Source of the DNA: an uncultured Vicinamibacterales bacterium
GTDB lineage: Bacteria; Acidobacteriota; Vicinamibacteria; Vicinamibacterales; JAKQTR01
NCBI GenBank assembly: GCA_964481395.1
Contig: CAYZYG010000002.1
Location: forward strand, 6,060 to 70,059
DNA length: 64,000 nt
Direction: 5' to 3'
Each line of letters starts with the position of its first letter. Within the stretch, counting starts at the first letter, position 1. Both the position numbers and the translations under genes were made by a program. Shown piece by piece: positions 1-8,587 of the stretch. A model generated the notes under the pieces. The model did not search any database and was not told the DNA's origin. It saw nothing but the letters and a program-made list of their open reading frames with translations.

Positions 1-753
1 CGGCCTCGTGCTCCTCGAAGCGAAAGCCGGTCGCACGGTTCGCCCTGAGGCCGCGTTGCCCCTGCGCCGGCTTGCCGCGTCCCTGCGCATGTCGTCCGGC
101 GCACAGCGGCCGATGGAGCTGTTCGTCGTGCATCGCCCTCCGCGCGCCGGCGTTCCGAGCCGGGCACTGGCCCCGGGTGTTCAGGCGATCCCCTGGCGGG
201 AGATCGTCGACCGGGTGGTCGGGGAGTCCTGACCTTCGAGATCAGGCCGACGTCGGGTGCCTGATTCGTGTCCTGAGGTGACGTCGTCGCCGTCGAGGGC
301 GCCCGCATCACCGGTACAGTCACGCCCGAGGCACAGGGCCTCGCCAGCATCACCGTGCGCGCGCTCGATTCGGCCGGGCACTGGATCGGCGCGGCCTCCG
401 CCCTCACTTCCCGACCGGTACGTGTCACCGTCCGGCACGGATCAGGCGGCGGAAGCCTCGCGGCCGGCAGGGCGAGTCCCAACGAGCACGTCGACCAACC
501 CCGGGGATCAGCGACTGTGCTTCCGAGCCCACGTACGTGCCCATCAGGATTGCCAGCACAAACGCTACCCGCGTCAGTTTGAACATCGAGATGTCGCGAC
601 CCGGAATCGTGACCCTGATGGCTGACGAGAGCGCCCACCCCAGAGGGCCTCTGTACGGAGGGGCCCTGCGGTTGGCATCCTCCGTCGTGGCAACGCTGCG
701 CCCCTTCGTGCGGAACGGAAGCAGCTACCACCAGGCAGCGCCCCCGCTCCTGG

Positions 754-1311
754 CTACTTGTCCCTTCCCGTGCCATTCCCCTGGTCGTGCGGGACCTTGA
801 CGTACGCGGTGCAGGTTCCGCTGTTGCCGGCCTCGTCGACGACCGTGAACACGATGGAGTACTGACGCCCGCTGCCCTTGCCGGACCGCTCGGCCCGCAG
901 ACGGCCGGCTGTCACGAGCGACGGCGTCAAGCCCTGGATGCCGTTGGGGAGGTCGCCGTCTCCCAATCCGTTGTCGGGTTCGTTACTCAGCACTTCGAGG
1001 CGGGTCACCCGAAAGACGGTCGACAGATTGTCCGAGGCCGTTGCCGTCGCGGTGACCTCCCGGAGCATGTGGTTGGCAGGCCACAGAACTGTCGGTGTAG
1101 TCCAGAAGGTCTCAGACAGGTCGGCAACCAGCGTCGTTCCGCCGCGGTCGAGATCGATGACCCAGATACCGAGGGTCCCGCCCTCGTGGCCCCTCATGAA
1201 GAACACGCGACCATGGAGTCCAGGGACCGGCTGAGCGGACAAGGGAGTTGCGCTCAAGAAGGCCGCGAGCAGACCAGGTAGGATGAAGCGGCTTCGAACT
1301 TGGATGGCCAT
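754..1311 (-). CDS. secreted hypothetical protein with surface Ig-like (LWPxNH...VPHD) domain
   Basis: ORF 754..1470 trimmed to ATG at 1311, which is preceded by GGAGGAAGGG. Signal peptide MAIQVRSRFILPGLLAAFLSATPLSAQ. C-terminal LWPANHMLREV...RAERSGKGSGRQYSI...VKVPHD pattern is common in bacterial surface proteins. No catalytic motif recognised. Confidence 0.55.
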   Translation of the reverse strand: MAIQVRSRFILPGLLAAFLSATPLSAQPVPGLHGRVFFMRGHEGGTLGIWVIDLDRGGTTLVADLSETFWTTPTVLWPANHMLREVTATATASDNLSTVFRVTRLEVLSNEPDNGLGDGDLPNGIQGLTPSLVTAGRLRAERSGKGSGRQYSIVFTVVDEAGNSGTCTAYVKVPHDQGNGTGRDK

Positions 1312-1731
1312 GTTCCCTTCCTCCACGATATCGACCACGATCTTCTCGGCTGGGCGCTGAGCCGAGTCGGCCAGCTGCACCCATGGCTGACCGACCGAGC
1401 GATACCTCGTGCGATTTCCCTGCGCCGGAATGATTCGGCTCAGATAGCAGGTGGCGACGGCGGGCGTCACCGACGCGCCAGGCGGAGCCTCACGAGGGTC
1501 CGGTGCCCGTCGGCAGCCGCGCGCGGCTCAGTGCCAGAAGCGTTGCCCGGAGGCGCTGCGCAGTATGCCGTCGGCCCCGGCTTACCCCAAGCGACCCTTG
1601 CCGCCATCGGCCGTCTTGGCGGCGAATGTCGTCACTTGGCGAACGTGGCGCGGCCCCTGGCGTCCCGGGGGAGGGGGTTCCGATATAATCCGTGGGCGCC
1701 GAACAGGCCCCGCCCCCCCGGCGCCGCGCCC

Positions 1732-3255
1732 ATGAAGGACCGGAAGAACGGCTTCGACCCGACGCCGCCGAGCCACGGTGGCCCGCTCGAGACCAACCCC
1801 GACCGGCTCGATGGCTGGAAGGAGATTGCCGCCTACCTGCGCCGGGCGCCGCGCACGGCCCAGCGCTGGGAAGCCCAGTTCGGTCTGCCGGTTCACCGGA
1901 TTGGCGGCGAGGTCGTCTACGCCCTTCGGTCGGAACTGGATGCCTGGCTGGCCTCGGAGGCTGCCGGGCCTGCCAGGTCGGCACCGAACGGGACCGGCAA
2001 CGGGAACGGAGAAGCCAGCGGGACGGGCCACGGAACGGCTGATGCCGCCGCGGGCGACGGGGGACGTGAACCGGGGCGCGACCGCTCCCGAAACGGCGGG
2101 CGTCACTGGCGCGTTCCGGGCCTTCCTGGCAGAAAGCTGTGGCAGCTGGCGGCTGGCCTGGGCGGTCTCGTCGTCCTTGGCGGCATCACCGTCGCCCTCC
2201 TGGCCGAACCACGTCCGATTCACCACTGGCGCGTGAGCGGCGACGAACTGCGGGCGTTCGACGTCAGAGACCGGGAGCTGTGGATGTACCGGCTCCCAAC
2301 GCGGGAGGAACCGGCCGAAGGGAGCCCCGAGCCGGGATTCGTCGACGACCTGCGCCGCTCGGTGATCGAGGACCTGGATGGTGATGGCCGCGCCGAGCTG
2401 GCGTTCATCTCCGCTCCGTCAGACCTGAAGCAGCGCCGGCTGTTCGTGTTCGAGGCCGACGGCAGGGAACGCTTCTCCTATCAGCGCATGGAGGGGGCCA
2501 CTTTCGGCGAAGCCCCCGCCTACGGCCCGTTCGCGGCCGCCTGGGTGGAGGTGACGTCCAGCGCGGACGGGACGAAGTCGCTCTGGTTGCAGTCCCGTCA
2601 CGTGCCGTTCTTTGCTGGCGTGATCGAACGCCTGGATCCGAAGACGGGGGCCGTTCTGGCCAGCTACTGGAACGGCGGGGCGATCTCAGCCCTCGCCACG
2701 GGCACATTCGGCGGCAAGCGGCTGGTCTTCATCGGGGGCGACGCCAACGAGGGGCACGGCGCGTCTCTCGCGGTCTTCGAGGAAGACCAGGTGGGCGGCG
2801 GCAACGTGGGCGGCGACCTGGCGCACACGTGCACGAGCTGCGGCCCGGTGAAGGCCCAGGCCATCTTCCTCTTCCCTCGCCACGATGTCGGCGACGCGGC
2901 TCCGAGCGAGTCGAAGGTCGCTTACTTGCATGTCAAGGACGAGACCGAGATCCAGGTGGATGTGGAATACTACAACGGCGAGGTCCGCGGGCTGGCCGGG
3001 GTGCAGCACGCCATCGCGCATTTCATCTTCGACCCCGCCCTCCAACTCGTCCACGCGGAGCACTACAACGGTTACCGAATCCTTCACGACGAGTTCCAGA
3101 AAGCCGGACGCCTCGACCACGCCTATGGCGAGCGCGACGTTGCCGAACTCGTGCCGATCCTCCGCTGGACGGGAGGCATGACCTTCGAACCGGTTACCCT
3201 GACCAGAGCCAAGCCGGTACCGGCGGCACCCGCGGGAGTTCCAGGCCCGCGCTGA
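1732..3255 (+). CDS. membrane-anchored protein with N-terminal small HTH (excisionase/MerR-like), one TM helix and FG-GAP/VCBS-like C-terminal region
   Basis: ORF 1300..3255 trimmed to ATG 1732 (MKDRKNGF). HTH-like GWKEIAAYLRRAPRTAQRWEAQFGLPVHRIGGEVVYALRSELDAWL. Hydrophobic LWQLAAGLGGLVVLGGITVALL. DLDGDGRAELAF motif. Confidence 0.55.
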   Translation: MKDRKNGFDPTPPSHGGPLETNPDRLDGWKEIAAYLRRAPRTAQRWEAQFGLPVHRIGGEVVYALRSELDAWLASEAAGPARSAPNGTGNGNGEASGTGHGTADAAAGDGGREPGRDRSRNGGRHWRVPGLPGRKLWQLAAGLGGLVVLGGITVALLAEPRPIHHWRVSGDELRAFDVRDRELWMYRLPTREEPAEGSPEPGFVDDLRRSVIEDLDGDGRAELAFISAPSDLKQRRLFVFEADGRERFSYQRMEGATFGEAPAYGPFAAAWVEVTSSADGTKSLWLQSRHVPFFAGVIERLDPKTGAVLASYWNGGAISALATGTFGGKRLVFIGGDANEGHGASLAVFEEDQVGGGNVGGDLAHTCTSCGPVKAQAIFLFPRHDVGDAAPSESKVAYLHVKDETEIQVDVEYYNGEVRGLAGVQHAIAHFIFDPALQLVHAEHYNGYRILHDEFQKAGRLDHAYGERDVAELVPILRWTGGMTFEPVTLTRAKPVPAAPAGVPGPR

Positions 3256-3319
3256 CCGGCACCTCATCTGTGATCCTGCCCGGATTCGCGCGCGTCACTG
3301 TCTCGGCGCGTTCGGCCCG

Positions 3320-3435
3320 CCTTCGCCCTCTCGGGCTACGGCGCGGCAAACTGACCGCGCCCTACCGTGACATCGAATGGGGCCTGGGGACATCCACAAC
3401 CGATCCCCGGTCCCCGGTCCCCGGTCCCCGATCCC
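3320..3435 (-). repeat. composite intergenic repeat, type A copy 1 (conserved module + GGGGACATCCACA core + 5 heptads)
   Basis: Near-identical in reverse complement to 54135-54241. About 60 nt align with about 3 mismatches across GACCGCGCCCTACCGTG.CATCGAATGGGGCC.GGGGACATCCACAA.CGATCCCCGGTCCC. Ends in (CGATCCC)(CGGTCCC)x3(CGATCCC) at 3401-3435. Confidence 0.8.
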
Positions 3436-3441
3436 TACGGA

Positions 3442-4584
3442 TTACTTGGCGCCCTGGTAGCTGATCCGGTAGATCGCCCCCGCCAGATCGTCCGACACGA
3501 GGAGCGCGCCGTCGGGCATCACGAGCACGTCCACCGGACGCCCCCACGCGCGGCGGCCCTGAAGCCAGCCCTCGGCGAACGGCTCGTAGCTCATCGCCTC
3601 GTTGCCCTTCAGCTTCACGAGCATCACCCGGTAGCCGATGGGCACGCTCCGGTTCCACGACCCGTGCTCGGCGATGAAGATCTGCTGACGATACTCGGCG
3701 GGGAACATCGCGCCGCCGTAGAACCGCATGCCCAGGGCGGCGACGTGCGGCCCGAGATTGCGCGCGGGCGGGATGAAGTCGCTGCACGGCCGCTTACCGC
3801 CGAACTCGGGGTCCGATATGTTCCCGCCGTGGCAGTACGGATAGCCGAAGTGCTGGTCCTTCGCGGACGCGCGATTCAGCTCGTCCGGCGGCACATCGTC
3901 GCCCATCATGTCGCGACCGTTGTCGGTGAACCACAGCTCCTTCGTGACGGGATGCCAGTCGAAGCCGACGGTGTTCCGCACGCCGCTGGCGAACACCTCA
4001 CGTCCCGTCCCGTCTGGCCTGATGCGCGTAATGGACGAGTACACCGGATCGTCGCGCTCGCAGATGTTGCACGGCGCGCCGACGGGAACGTAGAGGTACC
4101 CGTCCGGTCCGAACGCGATGTACTTCCATCCGTGATGCCGGTCGCTGGGGTAGTTCTCCGTCACGACGACTGGCGCGGGCGGATTCCGGAGTCGCTTCTC
4201 GATGTCGTCGAACCGCTGGATTCGGTTCACCTCGGCCACATACAGGGCGCCATCCCGCAGGGCAATGCCGTTCGGCATGTTGAGGCCCTTCGCGATGGTG
4301 ATCACCTCATCGGCCTTGTGGTCCTTGTCGCTGTCGAGCACGGCGTACACGTTGCCCGCCGTCCGCGTGCTCACGAAGAGCGTGCCGCCGGGGCCCAGGA
4401 CCAGCGACCGGGCGTTCGGCACCTTGTCGGCGAACACGCTGATGGAGAAGCCCGGGGGCAGTCTGATGGTGTCGAGACGGATCGGCGACGCGGCTGGGGC
4501 CTGCGCGCTCACGCTGACAACGAGGGCCACGGCCGACAGCAGCAGCACGGCCAGCACGGCGAACGGAGCTCGATTGGGCATCAC
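3442..4584 (-). CDS. PQQ-dependent sugar (glucose/sorbosone) dehydrogenase family beta-propeller protein, secreted
   Basis: Signal peptide MMPNRAPFAVLAVLLLSAVALVVSVSAQA. Family-typical HHGWKYIAFGPDGYLYV, GVRNTVGFDWHPVTKELWFTDNGRD and GRPVDVLVMPDGALLVSDD. Confidence 0.85.
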   Translation of the reverse strand: MMPNRAPFAVLAVLLLSAVALVVSVSAQAPAASPIRLDTIRLPPGFSISVFADKVPNARSLVLGPGGTLFVSTRTAGNVYAVLDSDKDHKADEVITIAKGLNMPNGIALRDGALYVAEVNRIQRFDDIEKRLRNPPAPVVVTENYPSDRHHGWKYIAFGPDGYLYVPVGAPCNICERDDPVYSSITRIRPDGTGREVFASGVRNTVGFDWHPVTKELWFTDNGRDMMGDDVPPDELNRASAKDQHFGYPYCHGGNISDPEFGGKRPCSDFIPPARNLGPHVAALGMRFYGGAMFPAEYRQQIFIAEHGSWNRSVPIGYRVMLVKLKGNEAMSYEPFAEGWLQGRRAWGRPVDVLVMPDGALLVSDDLAGAIYRISYQGAK

Positions 4585-4654
4585 GGTGACCTCAATCCCA
4601 TTTTCCTCGATTTTCGGTCAGAATGGTCGTGTCCCCCGAAGGACAGAGGCCACG

Positions 4655-6352
4655 ATGAGAACTTCCACGACAGCAATGGTCCTGGCTGCGGCCCTGGCGG
4701 CCGGAGGTGTCATGAGCGGGTGCGCGAACGAACAGCCGGTGTCTCCCCCGGCGGCATCGGAGACGGCCGAACTCGACGCGATGACCGCACGATTCGCGCC
4801 AGTGGAGATCGGCGCCGATCTCTCCGCGCTGCCCGTGAACGAGCGGGAGGCGCTGGCGAAGCTGGTGCAGGCCGGCCGCGTGATGGACGGCCTCTTCCTG
4901 CGCCAGGTGTGGGCGGGCAACGAGGCGGTCCTCTTCGATCTCCTGGCCGACCAGTCGCCGCTCGGCAAGGCCCGGCTGCACTACTTCCTGATCAACAAGG
5001 GCCCGTGGTCCCGCCTGGATCACAACAAGCCGTTCATCCCCGGCGTGCCCGAGAAACCGGCCGAGGCCAACTACTATCCGGCCGGCGCGATGAAGGCCGA
5101 CGTCGAGGCTTGGTTCGCGAGCCTGAAGGAGCCGGATCGCACGGCCGCGACGGGGTTCTTCACGACGATCCGCCGGAAGCCGGACGGCACCTTCACGGCG
5201 GTGCCCTACGCGCTCGAGTACCAGGGCGAGCTGCAGCGCGCGGCGACGCTCCTGCGCGAGGCGGCGGCCCTCACGTCGAACGACTCGCTGAAACGCTTCC
5301 TGACGACACGGGCGGACGCGTTCTTCTCGAACGACTACTACGAGAGCGACGTGGCGTGGATGGAGCTGGACGCGCCGATCGAGCCGACCATCGGCCCCTA
5401 CGAGGTCTACGAAGACGAGTGGTTCAACCACAAGGCGGCGTTCGAGGCCTTCATCACGCTGCGGGACGACGCCGAGACGGCGAAACTCGAGAGGTTCGGA
5501 GGCGAGCTGCAGGGCATCGAGGACAACCTGCCGATCGACCCGTCGCTCCGCAACCCGAAGCTCGGCGGGCTGGCGCCCATCCGGGTCGTGAACGTCATCC
5601 TGGGCGCGGGCGAGGGCAATTCGGGCGTGCAGACGGCGGCGTTCAACCTGCCGAACGACGAGCGGGTGGTGCGCGAGAAGGGCGCGAAGCGCGTGATGCT
5701 GAAGAACGTGCAGGAGGCCAAGTTCAACAAGGTGCTCGTGCCGATCTCGCAGGTCGTGCTGGCGCCCGCGGATCGCGCGAACGTGTCGTTCGACGCGTTC
5801 TTCACGCACATCCTCATGCACGAGTTGATGCACGGGCTCGGCCCGCACGCCATCACGGTCGGCGGCCAGGCCACGACCGTCCGCCAGCAGCTCAAGGAGA
5901 CCTACAGCGCCATCGAAGAGGCGAAAGCCGACGTGTCGGGGCTCTTCGCGCTGCAGTTCCTCATCGACAAGGGCGTCATCGACCGGTCGATGGAACAGAC
6001 GATGTATACGACGTTCCTGGCGTCGGCGTTCCGCTCGATCCGCTTCGGGATCAACGAGGCGCACGGGCGCGGCATCGCCATCCAGCTCAACTACATGTTG
6101 GATGCCGGGGCGTTCGTCGCGGCGGCCGACGGCACGTTCTCGGTGGACGTGACGAAGGTCAAGAACGCGGTGACGGCGCTGACGCGCGACATCATGACGC
6201 TGCAGGCCGAGGGCAGCTACGAGAAGGCCACGGCGCTGATCGCGAAGCTGGCCGTCGTCCGGCCCGAGATCCAGGCGGCGCTGGACAAGCTGGCGAGCGT
6301 GCCGGTGGATATCGAGCCGGTCTACGTGACGGCGGCGGAACTGGGGAAGTAG
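4655..6352 (+). CDS. DPP III-like (M49-related) zinc metallopeptidase lipoprotein
   Basis: ORF 4202..6352 trimmed to ATG 4655. Lipoprotein signal MRTSTTAMVLAAALAAGGVMSGC. HELMHGLGPH plus downstream EEAKADVSG resemble the pentapeptide-type HExxH / EExxAD zinc motifs of bacterial DPP III homologues. Confidence 0.65.
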   Translation: MRTSTTAMVLAAALAAGGVMSGCANEQPVSPPAASETAELDAMTARFAPVEIGADLSALPVNEREALAKLVQAGRVMDGLFLRQVWAGNEAVLFDLLADQSPLGKARLHYFLINKGPWSRLDHNKPFIPGVPEKPAEANYYPAGAMKADVEAWFASLKEPDRTAATGFFTTIRRKPDGTFTAVPYALEYQGELQRAATLLREAAALTSNDSLKRFLTTRADAFFSNDYYESDVAWMELDAPIEPTIGPYEVYEDEWFNHKAAFEAFITLRDDAETAKLERFGGELQGIEDNLPIDPSLRNPKLGGLAPIRVVNVILGAGEGNSGVQTAAFNLPNDERVVREKGAKRVMLKNVQEAKFNKVLVPISQVVLAPADRANVSFDAFFTHILMHELMHGLGPHAITVGGQATTVRQQLKETYSAIEEAKADVSGLFALQFLIDKGVIDRSMEQTMYTTFLASAFRSIRFGINEAHGRGIAIQLNYMLDAGAFVAAADGTFSVDVTKVKNAVTALTRDIMTLQAEGSYEKATALIAKLAVVRPEIQAALDKLASVPVDIEPVYVTAAELGK

Positions 6353-6380
6353 TCAGGGCTGAGCGCGCCGGCGAACGGAA

Positions 6381-6611
6381 CTAGCCGGCGTACTTGCAGG
6401 CTCCCGGCCCCCCGGGATGGCCGCACGAGTTGCAGGGCGAGCCGGCGGGGAACGAGGGAGCGGGAGAAGACGAGGCGCCCACGGCGAAGACGGAGAGCTG
6501 CTTCTCGACCTTCTCGCTCCGGCAGGTCGGGCACACGGGCGTCAGGGATCCGCGGACGAGGAACTCGAAGCGGTGCCCGCACTCGGCACAGGTGTACTCG
6601 AACAGAGGCAT
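6381..6611 (-). CDS. FmdB-family zinc-ribbon putative regulatory protein
   Basis: MPLFEYTCAECGHRFEFLV...CPTCRSEKVEKQLS is the CxxC...CxxC FmdB signature. 76 aa. Confidence 0.85.
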   Translation of the reverse strand: MPLFEYTCAECGHRFEFLVRGSLTPVCPTCRSEKVEKQLSVFAVGASSSPAPSFPAGSPCNSCGHPGGPGACKYAG

Positions 6612-6625
6612 GACTTCAGTATAAC

Positions 6626-8149
6626 GTGACCATGTCCACCTTCTACATCACGACCGCCATCGACTACGTGAACAGCCGGCCGCACCTCGGGACGGCGTAC
6701 GAGAAGATCTCCGCCGACATCATCGCGCGCTACAAGCGGCTCGCCGGCGTGCCGACCTGGTTCCTGATGGGCAACGACGAGCACTCGCTCAACGTGTTCC
6801 GCCGGGCGAAGGAGCAGGGACTCGACCCGAAGGCCTACTGCGATCAGATGGAAGGGGAGTTCCGCGAGGTCTGGCAGCGCCTGGACATCTCGTTCGACGA
6901 CTTCATCCGGACGACCGAGGAGCGCCACCGGGTGGCGGTGACCGCGCTCGTCGAGCGCATTCAGGCCGCGGGCGACATCTACGAAGGGCACTACGAGGGC
7001 TGGTACTGCAATTCGTGCGAGGCGTTCAAGCAGGAGAAGGACCTGGTCGAGGGCCTCTGCCCGACGCACCGGACCAAGCCCGAGTGGATCCGGGAGAAGA
7101 ACTACTTCTTCCGGCTCTCGAAGTACCAGCAGGCCCTGCTCGACCACTACGCGCGACATCCGGAGGCGCTGGAGCCGGAAATCCGGCGCAATGAGATCCT
7201 CAACGTCATCCAGGGAGGGCTCGAGGACATCTCGATCAGCCGCGCGGGGCAGGCCTGGGGCATTCCGCTGCCCTTCGACCCGTCGAGCGTGGTCTACGTG
7301 TGGTTCGACGCGCTCATCAACTACATCTCGGCGCTGGGCTACGGGCAGGACGAGGCGCTCTTCTCGCGGTGGTGGCCGGCCTCGCTGCACATCATCGGCA
7401 AGGACATCACGCGCTTCCACTGTGTCATCTGGCCCGCGATGCTCATGAGCGCCGGCGTGGCCGTGCCGAAGCAGGTGTTCGGCCACGGCTTCGTGTACTT
7501 CAAGGGCGAGAAGATGAGCAAGTCGCTCGGTACGATTGTCGACCCGCTCGAGGCGGCGTCGAAGTTCGGCCCGGACCCGCTCCGCCTCTACCTCGTCCGC
7601 GAGTTCGCGTACGGCCAGGACGGCGACTTCTCGTGGGAGCGCTTCGAGGAGCGCTACAACGCGGACCTCGCGAACAACCTCGGCAATCTCGTCAGCCGCA
7701 TCGCGACGATGGCCGACAAGTACTGCCAGGGTAGGCTGCCGCAGCCGTCCGCGCCGGCCGGGCGTCTCGCGCAGGCGTCGGAGGCCGCGGTCGCATCGTA
7801 CCAGTCGGCGATGGATCGCTTCGCGCTGCAGGACGGGATGGCGGCAGCCTACGGCCTGATCGACGCGGCGAACCTCTTCATCACCGAGACGGAACCGTGG
7901 AAGCTGGCGAAAGATGAAGCCAACGCCGCGCAGGTGAGCCAAATCCTGTACGAGGTCGCCGAAGCGCTCCGGATTGCCGCCATTCTGCTCCTGCCGGCGA
8001 TGCCGTCATCGGCGACCGAGATCCTCCGCCGGGTGGGGTCAACCAAGTCCGGCCTCGGCCATCGGCTCGACGACGCGGTGTGGAATGGGGCGGGAGATCG
8101 CGTGACGATCAAGGCCGATGCGATGTGGCCGAGAATACAACGGCAGTAG
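6626..8149 (+). CDS. metG: methionine--tRNA ligase (short form)
   Basis: Class I aaRS with TTAIDYVNSRPHLGTAYEKISADIIARY (HIGH-like) and KMSKSLG. Zinc knuckle CNSCEAF...CPTH. 507 aa. Confidence 0.95.
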   Translation: MTMSTFYITTAIDYVNSRPHLGTAYEKISADIIARYKRLAGVPTWFLMGNDEHSLNVFRRAKEQGLDPKAYCDQMEGEFREVWQRLDISFDDFIRTTEERHRVAVTALVERIQAAGDIYEGHYEGWYCNSCEAFKQEKDLVEGLCPTHRTKPEWIREKNYFFRLSKYQQALLDHYARHPEALEPEIRRNEILNVIQGGLEDISISRAGQAWGIPLPFDPSSVVYVWFDALINYISALGYGQDEALFSRWWPASLHIIGKDITRFHCVIWPAMLMSAGVAVPKQVFGHGFVYFKGEKMSKSLGTIVDPLEAASKFGPDPLRLYLVREFAYGQDGDFSWERFEERYNADLANNLGNLVSRIATMADKYCQGRLPQPSAPAGRLAQASEAAVASYQSAMDRFALQDGMAAAYGLIDAANLFITETEPWKLAKDEANAAQVSQILYEVAEALRIAAILLLPAMPSSATEILRRVGSTKSGLGHRLDDAVWNGAGDRVTIKADAMWPRIQRQ

Positions 8150-8246
8150 ATATTAGACAGTAGACAGTAGACAGTAGGAAAACAGGAGTCAGGAGACAGG
8201 AGACAGGAGTCAGAAGACAGACAGGGGCCGGGGATCAGGGACCGGG
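8144..8246. repeat. graded heptanucleotide tandem array starting at the metG stop codon
   Basis: Read in 7-nt register as TAGACAG units, then GGAGACA/GGAGTCA, then GAAGACA, then GGGGCCG GGGATCA GGGACCG. The metG TAG (8147-8149) is part of the array. Confidence 0.85.
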
Positions 8247-8261
8247 CGCCAAGTGACGGGC

Positions 8262-8532
8262 GCGTGTCACTGAGCAGCCCCTTGAGCCGAGCCGCCCTCG
8301 CTTGAGTCGGCCGCCATGCCGAGGGGCGGCTCGTCACGCTCGCAGACCCGCTCGCGCTCGCCGGCAAAACGCCTCTCCGTCCCGTTGCGGGCCGCTGGCC
8401 GCCGGCTGCCGCGTCGCGGCCGCGCGCGGGCGCGGCTGCTCTGCGGACGACTGCGCCGGCTGACTCCCTCGTCCTCCGGGGCGTTTTGCAGACTGCCGCC
8501 GTCGGCTCGGCTCGAGGGTCTGCTCGGTGACG
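8262..8532 (+). repeat. type C structured repeat element (copy 1) with an extra inverted partial arm
   Basis: Blocks 8334-8372 (GTCACGCTCGCAGACCCGCTCGCGCTCGCCGGCAAAACGC) and 8478-8532 (GGGGCGTTTTGCAGACTGCCGCCGTCGGCTCGGCTCGAGGGTCTGCTCGGTGACG) recur at 62524-62562 and 62631-62685. Segment 8265-8293 is a reverse-complement copy of 8503-8531. Confidence 0.75.
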
Positions 8533-8587
8533 ACCGCCCCTTTGCGAGTTGCCGAGGCCGGCAGTCGACTCCGGAATCCCGACTGCG

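Noticed and set aside
2-232. An open plus-strand frame entering from the left edge (…RPMELFVVHRPPRAGV…REIVDRVVGES*). It has fairly high GC3 and could be the 3' end of a gene.
   Set aside because: No recognisable domain, and only about 77 codons are visible. GC3 alone is weak evidence in this genome. It is not reported as a feature.
425-586. A 53-codon minus-strand ORF with a signal-peptide-like start (MFKLTRVAFVLAILMGTYVGSEAQ). It may continue by frameshift into ORF 181..438.
   Set aside because: - There is no Shine-Dalgarno sequence.
- The residues after the hydrophobic start are Arg/Pro-rich and not protein-like.
- The downstream frame is closed by a stop just before its GTG.
- I could not reconstruct a convincing gene or pseudogene.

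The 233-753 region is left unassigned.
3367-6384. Very long ORFs on the opposite strand or in other frames of recognised genes. Examples are 3367..6384, 4592..6064, 6542..7942, 8549..9835, 10000..11064, 11388..12911, 12841..14511, 15050..17149, 18107..20314, 20190..22283, 39318..41069, 44312..45916 and 45708..47264.
   Set aside because: All overlap a gene with clear family motifs. Their translations are Arg/Ala/Gly/Pro/Asp-rich with no motifs. Long stop-free shadow frames of this kind are expected in very GC-rich DNA.
6612-6625. Only 14 bp separate the divergent fmdB-like and metG start codons, which might suggest a shared or unusual promoter.
   Set aside because: This is most simply explained by promoters embedded in the neighbouring coding regions or by slightly different true start codons. 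Nothing distinctive appears in the sequence.
8144-8246. Possible CRISPR arrays, given the many short tandem repeats.
   Set aside because: Units are only 7 nt long and directly tandem, without unique spacers of 25-40 nt. No cas genes lie in the window.
8262-8532. Calling the type C elements bona fide mobile elements (MITEs).
   Set aside because: No transposase gene lies in the window. I could not identify target-site duplications. Only two copies are visible. They are reported as repeats with MITE-like geometry only.
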